Program-made: the position numbers and the translations under genes | Notes under the pieces: generated by a model | Told to the model about the DNA's origin: nothing | What the model saw: the letters and a program-made list of their open reading frames with translations, nothing else | The model's database searches: none | Part shown: positions 12,221-25,200 of the stretch, piece after piece | How the letters are laid out: every line of letters begins with the position of its first letter | Position numbering within the stretch: position 1 is the first letter of the stretch | NCBI GenBank assembly: GCA_021613535.1 | Contig: CP075493.1 | Coordinates: 11,222,001 to 11,286,000, forward strand | Direction: 5' to 3' | Source of the DNA: Adineta vaga | Taxonomy: Eukaryota; Animalia; Rotifera | Length of the DNA: 64,000 bases

Positions 12221-12655
12221 TTCGTATTCGGACTTTTCTCTTGAGTGTATTTCTTTACCGTACTGTTTGTTTTTATATGTAATCGACGTTCGTTCCGCAT
12301 AAGTTGAGAATGATTGGAAAAAAATCTTTTTACGTCATTGATATTTTTTCGTATCCTTACTCATTTCATGCCTAATTTAACCAGAACATAAATTGTCAAT
12401 CAGCATCTTTTGAAATTGTGGTTGTTGGCGAAGGTATATACTGAAAAAATATCTTCACTCATTCAAGCCCCCACATTAACGTTCACCCCTTAAAGTGATA
12501 GGCAACTCTCTCTTGTTATTCTATGTTTTCATACACATGACTCATGAATGTTGACATCATGTTTACTGCTTATTGGTTAGGAATGTAATTTCGTAATCAA
12601 TGTTCGTCCATTATAACCTGAAGTTACGTTGTGATCACGTTATTTTTGTTTCTTT

Positions 12656-14350
12656 ATGGACGATTTTTCAACAGAAAACAAACCAAGTCTTATACTGGAG
12701 TAAATCTTTTATTTTTGATAACGATTCAATGAGTTTCTTGGATCAATTTTAGGAATGATTCCAGAGAAAATTCCAATACTTCAGCTGGTGAACACGAATC
12801 TGGTTTTTATATTTTCGAAATCTATTTAAATCATTGATATTCTATTGTTCTAGACAAAATACTCGAAGATACATCAATTGGCACAATCGATACTTTCGAT
12901 GATCTAAATCTAGGTGAACCACTTTTACGTGGTATTTATGGATATGGTTTCGAACGACCTTCACCTGTTCAACAACGTGCTATAAAACCGTGTATTATGG
13001 GTGCGTGTCTATTGATAATATTACGAATAAGACTATCATCAAATTTACTTACGATAGGACACAATACGATTGTTCAAGCACAGTCAGGCACAGGAAAAAC
13101 TGCTTTGTATGTGATAGCTATCTTACAACGAATTGACCTAAGTATCAAAGATTGCCAAGCATTGGTTTTAGTACCAACACGAGAATTAGGTCAAAGTGTT
13201 CGTAATCGAATTAACTATTTTGTTTAATAATAACTGGAAGGTACTGTTTTTATACAATTTAGATCCGAAATGTATTCTTATCAATTGGTGAGTACATGAA
13301 TATTACCTGTCATGCCTGCATCGGTGGTACTAACATACGTGATGATTTGACTCGTCTTGAAGCAGGTGTTCAGATCGTAATTGGAACACCTGGACGAGTG
13401 AATGACACATTAAATCGATCAAAACTTCGTATGTAATCTGTTCATTACTCATAAATTCTAATTGATTTTAATTCAGGTAGTGACAATATTAAAATGCTCG
13501 TCTTGGAAGAGGCGGATGAGGTGTTAGGGCGCTGTTTTGAGGAGCAAGTTTGCGATGTGTTAAAAAAACTACCGTCGGACATTCAAATGCTCATTTTCAC
13601 TGCGACTATGCCATGTGAATTGGAGGAAATTATCTCTAAATTTATGATAAATCCTGTTCGAATTCTTGTCAAACGGTGTAATTTGACTCTTGACGGTGCT
13701 CGTCAGTTTTATATCAATATTGCACGTGAAGTAAAAAAAATGATCTTCTTCTAACATCGTCTACATCTGGATGTATTTCTTGTTCTCTATAAAAAGGAAT
13801 GGAAAATCGATACGCTCTGTGATTTACTTGAGTCAATAGACGTCAGACAAACTGTTATCTACTGCAATACACGTAAAACAGTTGATTTCGTGAACGAAAA
13901 ATTACGTGCACAAACCTTTACTGTTGGTATACTGTAAGTCGAAAATAAAATTGAGATTTTATGGGAAGATTTTTTCTTTAGCAAAACGATATGACTCAAC
14001 AAGAACGTGATGCTTATTTAAAGGAATTCCAAACAGGATCGAGTCGCTTATTGATTGCTACAGATCCATTTTCTCGCACTATTTATCCACATGCTCAGCT
14101 TTTTATTAACTATGACTTACCGAAGAGCATGGAAGCTTATATGAATCGGTAAGAAATTGAACTATCTTTAGTACATGTAATTACATAGATTGTATCGAAT
14201 TTCAGAATTGGTCATGGTGGTGCGTATGGTCGAAAAGCTACAGTATTTAATTTTATCAACGATAACGAACGAAAACATGTACAGGAAATAGAAAAGTTTT
14301 ATGATACACATATCGAAGAATTACCTGCAGATCTTTCTGATATTATTTGA
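12656..14350 (+). CDS. eIF4A-like DEAD-box protein with degenerate catalytic motifs, ~10 exons
   Basis: Spliced: [88 protein letters not shown]. The junctions checked are in frame. Confidence 0.9.
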
Positions 14351-14473
14351 AGTTTTTCGATGTTAACATATTATATACTCATTGTACCGTAATGTTTATT
14401 TCAGAATAAGAGAAAAATCACTCTAGGTGTTATTCAATCTAAGAATGCCTACATCTAGTGAAAACAGGTCAAA

Positions 14474-16173
14474 TCAGTCTTCATTCTTTTCCAATACAAA
14501 TTGCAATGTTACTGTTCCTTCAGGTATTTTATCATCGTACAATATTTGAAGGAGATCTACTATGGTTAAATCACTTCCAATTTCTGAGTTGTCATTATCA
14601 CCAATTAAAAATAATTTGTAAGAAGCAATATCTTGATTTTCGAGTCTTAATGATTCTAATGCGCACTGGATAATTTCTGAAACTTGCGTTTCTCCTTTAC
14701 AAGGTACAACTGTTGTTTGATTTCCATATGATATTGAACATTTAATTGAAGCCGTAGAAATTAATTGAAAGTCAAATTTGTTATCAGGTGCACTGAGATC
14801 TTCAAGAATAATTCCTGCACCAATTTCACAATTATCGTAATGTAAGCAACAGTAAGACTTCCTGATTTGAAATAGTTGACAGGCAATGTCTAAAATACGT
14901 TCCACACTCGTGGATAATGGACAATAGAACTGTAATGAAGAATCCTTATCTTCTGAATTCATAATTGTCACAGAAGATGGTAAAATCGTATCAATTAATT
15001 GAAAACATACAATAGGTGATGCAAAGCACGATAATGAAGTATTTTCTCCTGGAATAAAATCATTGTGATAAAGAAGTTGTTGTTTGCTATAATCAAATTC
15101 ATTTTCTTTTAGAATATCATTAATTATTGCTGATGTACGAAATCGTTGACGAACAATTTTATTTTCATCTTGGAATGCAATTGAAACAAGATAGGTTTCA
15201 TTTTCTTCTACCAAAATAAAATCTTGCGTATGTAAATGACTAATAGATTCATCAGTTCGAAAAATTCGTTGAGTATCATTTGATGTCAGATAAAGATTAC
15301 AATAATCGGGTATTTCTGTTTGTTGTAGAAGTTGTTTAACAGTCGTGTTATTGTTTGAAACAAGGATTTGCATTTCTTGTTGATTGTTATTCATGAAAAT
15401 ATTAATTGGAATGACTAATCGAAAATGAATTGTTTCATTATTATCCTCAGATCGATATGCATCAACCTGTTTACGATAACAATCTTCAGTAATTAATTGA
15501 TCATTTGAATATAAACAACAGTTATTGAGATTTAATTCCGCAAATGTTTGATTATTCAATAGATTCTGAATTGTAATAGATTTTAAAGTATGTATATGTT
15601 GAGTATTTTCTCCAAAGGTCAGATCAATATGAATGGTTTCATCGAGAGTGATACCATCAATGATTGTGTCAATATTGTCTGACAATGCAATTGATTGATC
15701 GTCATTGATAAGCGATTGCTTTTCTCGATTCCAAAAAGTACATGGTGATTCAATTTGTGGTAAAATAAATTTGCGCCATAATTCGATCTGTTCCCATTGA
15801 GCCTCTGGATGATACACAGTCGTTTTCTCTAATTCACCTTGATTGGATGTTAATGTTATTTCATAGAGAATCGTGTTCTCATCTTGCTCTTGAATATAAA
15901 TAATAATTGGAAGAGTTTTATGCATTTCATACAAATCTCCAATAATTCCATCCTGAATATATTGTCCGATTTCATCATAGAAACAATATCGATGATTCGG
16001 TGATGTTAATAGCAAATTTTGTTTTGTAATAATATCATTCATGAGAGATTGTAATGTACAATCAGGCATTGTCATATAGTTAAATCGCCGTTTATCAAAA
16101 TGAAATTCAAGAGAAATTAATGCTGATCGTTCCACAATGAAGTATTTGAGTGGTAATGGAGCTAGTGGTGGAT

Positions 16174-16205
<32 letters not shown>

Positions 16206-19200
16206 AAATCAAACAATATTCGACGATCATCAATGACAGCATAAGTATTTAAATCGTATTTTTTTTTATGAAATAGTTGTTTGAATTCTTCATGTAAGTT
16301 ATTACTGTTACATATTTTAGAATCACTTTTTCCATCGGGATGTGTAAAAACGAACTTTTGCGTTGGTTTTGTTGGTTTAACGTTTTGCATTTCTTGTTCA
16401 TTCTTTTCTAAAATGGATGTACACGAAGTAATTGGTATCGGATTTATTTGTATTTGAAATAGAGATGAATATTGTGGTGAATCTTTTTCATGAATCACGT
16501 TATAACTATCTATATTATCATCTTCGTCATCATCGGAATGATTTATGGAATATGTTGAATCCGTTCTATCAATTCCATGTAATTGACGATGATAACGATT
16601 TTTTGTAATTGTATCTTGTTCATTTGGATTTTCATCAAAATTTTCTTCCCAAAGTTGCGCTGTTTTTTCTTCAATATTTATCTTTTGTTCTTGTAAATTT
16701 GATTGAATTTGATTCAAATAAATGCTCAATGATAGATAATTTTCACATTTGATTTCTTCCGGTATTAATAGAAGTATTTCATTATCAATTCGAATATATT
16801 CCATCGTTAATTTCAACGATTCAGTTGATTGTTGTAGGAGAGTATCTTCAATGGATTTTAAATCTTGTAATAATTGGCTAATTTTTTGAATATTTAATTT
16901 GAGTGTATCGATATTTTCATCGTAATTAGTATTGATTAATTTAGATTCAAAAATCTGTTGAAGTTGAGTACTCAAATGCGTATCAATAGGAGTTCGAAGT
17001 AGATCAGGAATATTTACAAATGAATATTCAAATGTTCGTATCAATGTTCGATATACTTGTCCAATGTGATTTAAATGAGATAGTTTGAAATCGTGTACTT
17101 CGTATTGAATTAATTGTTGCATGAGATATTCATTTTCTTGAATTGATTGAATAAATTCATAGATACTTAATGATGATGCATCTGTTTGTTCTTCTTTGAT
17201 TATTGTTGCAATTTGTTTCAAAAGATTATAACCATGATAAAGTTTATCAATAAGCATATCATTTAAATGATTCCATTCATGTTCTAATGGTACAGAATAA
17301 TTTTCATCGAGATCAAATGATTTCTCATCATCATCATCATCATTCAACGTGACAAGAGAAATCAGTTTTCGTGGTTCATAAAATTGATATTTTTGAATGA
17401 TATGTTTATAGTTAATATGACATAGAAGTAGATAGGTTCGAATAATATATGATTGTATATACGTAAAATCAAAACTGAGTGGTGTATCTTCTTTAACAAA
17501 ATATTCATTTTCGAGAATCAAACTTGCAGAAGTTATTTTATTAATCCAAGAACAATCGGCATCGTTTAATGTAATTACACCAGTATTATAGAGTGCAACT
17601 TGAATGAGAGATATTTGATTTGGGAGAAGTTTTTTTATTAAAAATCGTAATATGGAACTGCTTTGATGATTGAGTCTATTGTTCTCGAATTCTTGTTCGA
17701 TTAAATCCAAGAAATTATTATGATAATCGACAAGGATACTATAGAAATATACGTAGACGAGAGGTGTTTACGAGAAAAAATATCTTTTTATACAATACCT
17801 GAGTATTCGCATAATAAGATCTTCGTCATCTGGATTTCCAATGGTAATCAAACGATGTACTGGTGTTTCGAGTGATATTTCTGTAAAATGTGTAGTTATA
17901 TCACATGGGCCCGGACGAATAAGACCATTGGTAAAAGTATGATAAGCATTGACTGCTTCAATTCCTTTCACAATGATATCCATATAATTTTGTGCTTCAT
18001 TTCGACGATGCCGACAAGTATATTTGTTCAAATGTTCTTTTGCTCGATCATGTATCTCTTTCAAGGTAATTTCCCAGACTTGTTCACGTTCAATTAATTG
18101 TGTATAGGTTTGATGAAGTAAAAGATAAAAATGACTTAATTCGTAAATATATTTTGTCATACTAAACAAATCTGTTGAATCTATGAATTGTTCTAAGATT
18201 CGCAAAGAGAGATGAGCAATTTTTGGATTGTGAATTTCTGTTTTGAAATGTGTTGTTTGAATCATCATTGGCGTTTGAGAAGTATATTGTTGCAAATTGA
18301 ATTGAATTTGTGATTGTAATTGTAATTGATCAACGTATCGTTTATATTCAGGTAACCGTTCATGAATGTTATAGAATACTTCATTCTGATAATTAAGTTC
18401 TGCTTGTACTTTAGAAGAGAAGTCTCTATAAAGAGGTTTTATCCAAGAATGTTCCTGTTGACCTGTGAGATATGCCATTCGTTCAAAACAACAATTGAGT
18501 AAGATACAAGCATCATCTTGATTTGAATTTATCGCTAAGAAATTGAAGACTGATAATAATCGAGCACGAACAAAATGGCACACTTTTGCGCGAAGACTAT
18601 CACCAGCCATGTGACAATCTGCCTGTCTATCTGCAATAGCGTTTGGTGATAGAATAGGACCATACAAATTTTGGACAGATTCTTCAAATAGTAACAAATG
18701 CCAAGCCTATATTAATGATAATTAAGGGTGGAAAACCAGATTATAGTGAAAATACAATAGCTTACCAGTGCACCAAACGTTGAAAAATAAACTGCATACA
18801 CGGCCGGAACTTTCAATTGATTGTCGTGATCATTGCCTATATATTGAGTAAGTTCACCAGTCACTGAAATGATACAACCACAGTCGTAATGAATAGCGAA
18901 TCTATCAACTGGAGCCTGATGTGTAGATCCGAAACCTAAGGATTAACGAAACATATTTACAAAAATTCTATTAAAACTAGAAATAACTGTGAATAAAAAC
19001 TTACCAAATGTACCTTCGATTGATAATGGTTCAAATGCAAATGTCCAGAGAAAACTTTCCTTTCCGCCTTTGATAATCATAGCCAATAAATTAACTAGAC
19101 AATGACGTATACATAATTCATCTGCTGCTTCACAATCTAGCCGAAACAAATGATTGAGATAATTAAAATCGATCGTATTAGTTCGTTGAGGATAACCAAT

Positions 19201-22200
19201 CATGTAGTGTTCAGGATCGAGGATACAACGAAAAATACGTAATTCTTCCGGAGAAAGTGCTAACGTTTGTTCAATAACATTCAGTAAAGCACGCAATGTG
19301 TGTAATTGATTGTTACAATAATAATTATAATAAATATTTAGTAGAAGAATAACTTTGATATCAGTGACTTGTAATTCATCAGCAGGTGTATTTAATTTAA
19401 GTTGAATCCAGTCAAGAAGAGGTCTCCATTGATTGATTGATTCATTATTGATACATGTAGCAATTACTTGAGTTAATTCATTATACGATTGATGAAGATG
19501 TGGAAAAATTGAAAATGTATGACTGTTTTGTGATAAAGTAAATTGTAATTGATGAGAAAATTGTAGATATTTATTCTGTTTTGGTATTTGTTTTAACTCA
19601 AGATGACGGCACAATATATTTGCCCATGTTTGAACTAATGTTTGAATCTTCTCACTTTTCAATAATTTTAAGAGAAAATGCCAAGACTGTTTTGATATAA
19701 TGGTAGATAGAAAGATTTGTAGATAAGGATTAAGTTGAGTTGTTGTATCGTCTAATAATAGATATTTATCGATTAAAACTTTTAAACAATTAAAAAATCC
19801 ATTTGTCTCATGATCGCTATCATTATCAGAAGCAATTTGACACAAAAATATTGCTACTAAACGTAAGAGAAAATATTCTTGAAATTCTTTAAATACTAAT
19901 TTGATTGCAGACGTTAGTTCTAGTCCTTTAACCTTTGGAGGTTTTAATGCCATCAATTCGTCAATGAGATTTTCATCGATTGCATTCTCGTTAGCATATC
20001 GATCGATGTGAAAGAAGAATAAATCAAGTAGGACTGAGCGATGATCATAACTTTGTTGTGCGACAACAGATGGATGTAACGGTACATGATAATCTTTTAA
20101 TCGATTTCTATTCGATATACATTGCATTACAATCGGTAAAAGATAATTGATACGATCCACAATGGATGAAACTGTGAGTTGTAATTGTTCAATTGTAAGA
20201 TCAATTAATTCGTCAAATAAAAGTTGTTTTGCTGGGATAGACCATTTACATTTCGAATCGCCGAGACAAATAAAAACACAATTGATATCATCCTGTGATT
20301 GTTGTTTGGATGTTTTCAATATTGATATTATCCATTGTTGAAAATCGATCATCAACGTACAATCTTCCGAATATTCATGAATAGTATTGATAATATCTGA
20401 TAATCTCTCCAGGTAAGGTGACTTATTATTATTACTTATTCTTGATGTATTCTCTTGAGGTAGATATTCTAATAGTCGAGAAATAAGCTGTACTGAATCC
20501 GATACAGTTTCATTGAGGAAAATAGCGTATGCTAATCGCATAAATTCAAGTTGATTCCGAATCTGGGCAAGTTTAGTACTACGTAGAAGTGTACCTGATG
20601 GATAATATTTGTTAATAAATGTGTACATATAAGACCATTGTTGAATTTGTTTTTCATCTCTATTTAAACATAGTTCCCGTAATCTTGTCCATAATAGATC
20701 AAATAAAATTCGAAACAATTCCTCACGTATATGAGATCGAGTAGAGTTTTTGTTTTGACATAATTCATTCGCATAAGAACGATTTGAATGAAAACTATTA
20801 ATGATTCGACAAGCTGAATACAATGATGAGATATCATTTTGTTCGTATTCAAATGTAGTGTAAATTTGAGCCAGATGGGACACAAGTTCAGCAGACATTT
20901 CTGATGCAGTATTGTCATCCTCATCTTTTAGTAATAACCAATCGGAAATAGCATTGATAGCATCGATAGATTGACTTTGATCATTATCAAATTTTCCTTC
21001 AACAGTCGTACAATAGATTCGTACTAAATCATTCGAATAATAGCTAAGAAGACTTTCAGTAATCATATCAGTCAAAACTTTATCTTTCTTCATGTGTTTC
21101 ATTAATTTGATGCAGAATTGCTCTTTCGAACATTCAACGATTTGATTGGCATCTGTTGAAGTTTTATTTTGGGTATTCATCAACATTTGTTTAATATTAT
21201 CAGCATGTGCTTTAATTCGTTGATGAAATAATTGATAAAGAGGAGTTTGTAGAATGAATGCATTTTGTATAATAAGTTGAAAAGTACTTTGAGATGGTGA
21301 TGGACATTTACCATTATTATCATCATCAAGTATAAATCCTGAGTAGTCAATTAGATGAAGAATCGATTTAATACTCATCTTACTATTGGATAATTTTGAT
21401 AATGTTTCTAAACCATAGTCATTAGCGAGAATTTTTAATATATTTGATACAAAATTTGTAAATGATGTTCGAATTTGAAGTTGTAAAGAATCTACTAGAC
21501 CCATCAAACGCTTTCCACATAGAATATCCTTTGAAATTTGATAGATTTTATTGTATGAAGTTTGTGATGAATTTTTCTTTCGAGACAATTGTTCATGATA
21601 AATATTAACAATATATTCTCGTACATGAGTTAAACGTTCCAAAATCTTTTTCAAACATTCAACACGTTGTTTCGTACTTGTTTGTTTATGATAGAATTCA
21701 TAAGCATATTCATCGCTGAACATGTCTTGTGCGGGTTGTGTATGAAATATTTGAGTTCTCGAACAGAAATCCCATAAACAATCATCAAAGAGAATATTTA
21801 AATCACAAATCACATCCTTTGGCGATTCTTTCAGTTGTTTTTTCGGTGATGAAACGATTTCCAACATTTTTTGTAAATGAAATGCACTACCAGGTGTACA
21901 CGTATCAAAGAAATAGAAATCCCAACCGTGCAAAAAGATCGTTGGGAAACCATTCTGATTATAAAGTTCTTGTGCTGGCATATGAACTAACATAATAAAG
22001 TATTTCTCTAGTCTTGAATTGTTTCTATTCTTATTGCAATCGAATTCGGTTTTGTCAACTAACTGTCGAACAAATGGCAAATGTTGTCGGTGTTGTCCCA
22101 TTTGACCATTGATTATAATAATCAAAACGTTTTTGTTTGATTCTTTTTCGAAAACGCGAAATTTCTCTTCCAATACAGCAGCATTTTCAATGATTGCCTA

Positions 22201-25200
22201 AGAAAAATAATTGTTAGCATAAAAGTTTCCAAATTCAATTAAACTTACAAGATTTAGAATTTCTATCATATCATCGATCTTTTCATTGAATCCGTTGTTC
22301 TTCTGTCTACTAAACAATTGATATTTGGATGCTTTATTTATTCCAACAACATAAGGTGATGTTCGTGTATATATCATTATTTTAGTAGTTGTAATAAAAT
22401 TCATTTCTATAGGTCTGTCAGCTGTTGTTCTATGCGTTGGACCATTGTCATCGGATGGCTTCTGTATAAGTTCTCGAACAAAGTTTTCTATATTGAAATG
22501 TTCTTGATATTGAAAGTAATTCTTAAATAATGCTTCAGCAAATTTATCTTCAAATGTCGGTAATTTGAATATGATTGATTCAGGGGAAGCGATTTGTATC
22601 AATTTCGATAAAATCAAACGTAAAAGACATAGTTGTTTATCTGTTTGATTTTGTTCAATGAAATGTTTCGTTTTGAAATTTAATTGAGTATAAATTCGAT
22701 GAATATTTGAAATGGAACATTGTCGATCGACATCAGTTTCAATCACTGATGATAGACATGAATAGAGCGTATTTTCATTCATTCCATATAGATATTGTTG
22801 ACCGAAATGTTTAATAAATGAGTGCATTTTACTTTCAACACTTTTCATTATATTTCGTTCTTCATTAGAAAGACGTTCGAATTGAATACGATAGAAATCA
22901 ACGATACTCAATGAATATTTCTGAAATCGACTCAAGAATGGTGCTGGTATTTCATTGAATTCATGTCGATTTACATGTACGATACATTGAAAATTATCGT
23001 GCACGACAACATCAACTGTTTTTGATCCAATGGCAACCTTCGAAAAGATTCTTCTTATATCACCCGTAGCCATGATTGAAAAATTCTGATTAAAAACATC
23101 ATAAAGTGAACCATGTATACGTCCTGTATTAACCATTAAGATTGTTCTTCCTGCTTCCATACATAATTTAATTGTCGATAACATTTCAACATTTTTCAAT
23201 TCATTATTCATATCATCGGAGAAATCTGACATTCGAAAAACTGTTGTTTGCTTAGGATCAATGATACCTGTTTGAAATAGCAGACGAACAGCACTTTCAT
23301 CATCTGATTCATCAATAATTAATTTATAACGACCATACAATCGTCGTTGTATTGATTCAAGTTTCATTGAATCTTGAAGAATAGTGATTACATCACGGTA
23401 GACATCATGTTGTTGTCGTCCTTTCGATAATATTTCAAAATCAGGACGTTTTTCTTGCACAGCTTTGAAAAATATGTCAACTACTTTGTCAAACTCTTTG
23501 CTACTAATTCCATTGAAATTATTTTCCAATGCATGCAATAAACTTTCCGGTCGAATTGTGTCGAGAACAACATCTTGCTGATCTGTTGAAGTTGATCGTA
23601 ATTCAAAACGGAGTTCACGTAACATATAAATAAAATCACGATCGTGAAATATCTTTGGAATATTGGGACATTGTAAAAGCCGACGATAGCCATGACACAA
23701 ACCAGTAATGATGTCAACTAAATGAGGATGTGTTGTTTCTTTATTTTTTAAACCAAGACAACCATAAGCTAAAACTTCTTGATCGTCTTCTGATGGAAGT
23801 GATCGATAGATACAAGTCATTCGATTGGCATTTGCAGCATCAAATGCTTTATTGGCGATTGCTACAAATGCTACTTGACATTCATCTAAATATTGATGTA
23901 ATACTTTTAATATCATTTTCTTTTCATCGGGCAAGGAAGCTTCATCCAAAAATACAACCTAAATATTGATTTATTCTAATTGAAAATGAGTATAAGAAAA
24001 GCTTACACATCGAGTGTTCATGCGATTCTGTTGATAATGCTGTTCACGTTTAATAGCTCGTTCGAATACGGATGCAATATCATTCGATGATGTGTATTTC
24101 GAACCAAGACAAAAGAATGGATCTACTGCTGGTAGTTTTTTACAGAACTCAGTTTTTGATAATTGTGGACCTTGAAGATTCTGTAATACGATTTGGAATG
24201 AAAGAGTTTTTGATTGTCCTACAAATTAAATCCAATAAGTTTACTATTAATTAAATCGTTCATTATTTAAGACTAACCTGGTGCACCAATAATGCACAAA
24301 GGCATTCGAGTGACAACACTTATAGTTATTGCAAAAATATGTTCGCGAATCTTCGATAGAGAAAAATTAATAAGGATAATCATGAACAAATATAGATGAG
24401 ATACATACGGCTTGGTTAATGGCAACACCTGTTGGAATGACAAAATTGGTGGTATTAACAAAATTTTCTAGTTCTTCTTGAATGATTCTTGCAAATCTTG
24501 ATAGACTTTTAGATAATAATTTAGCAAATTCTTCTCGTGAAGGTGTTTTTTGATCTCCTCGTTTCTTATTATCTTCATCTGTCGGTAGTCGAAAATAGTA
24601 GATTAATGCTAGTGATAACGCGATACATCGATCAAGATCAGGTTCTTCTTCTTCGTCTTTCATACTCTCATAGAAATATTCGATGAGTGTAAAACATCGT
24701 TGAATTTCTCTTTGTGATACTGTATTTTTACCTAATTTTTCTTCACAAAATGCTTGTGCAGCTAGAATTGCTTCGATTAGTTTCCCTTGTAAATATATGC
24801 GTAATTCTGGTTCCATTTCAAAACTTAAGTCAAATTTTGTTACTTTTTGTGTAATATAATCATGCAATGTTCTTGGTTCTAAAGAACCATACGATACTTT
24901 CAAATGTTCTAGTGATTCTGGTAGTTTATGAACGACATAATCTATACGATGAACAAGATTGTCTTGATTATCTTTGTCTAATGCTGGATTGATTGCAGCC
25001 GTAAAGAAAATGTTTTCTGGTATATTTTCACCTTGTAATGTTCTATCGGTAAATATTTCTTTAAAAAGTCCAAGACATGATGATGTATTTACTTCATCGA
25101 AAAAGACTACCAATTTAATATCTTTCCACTTATCTGCTAATTTTGATATTGGCGTGATAAACTCTTTAATATCTTGTTCAGTGACACCTGGATGAATCAG

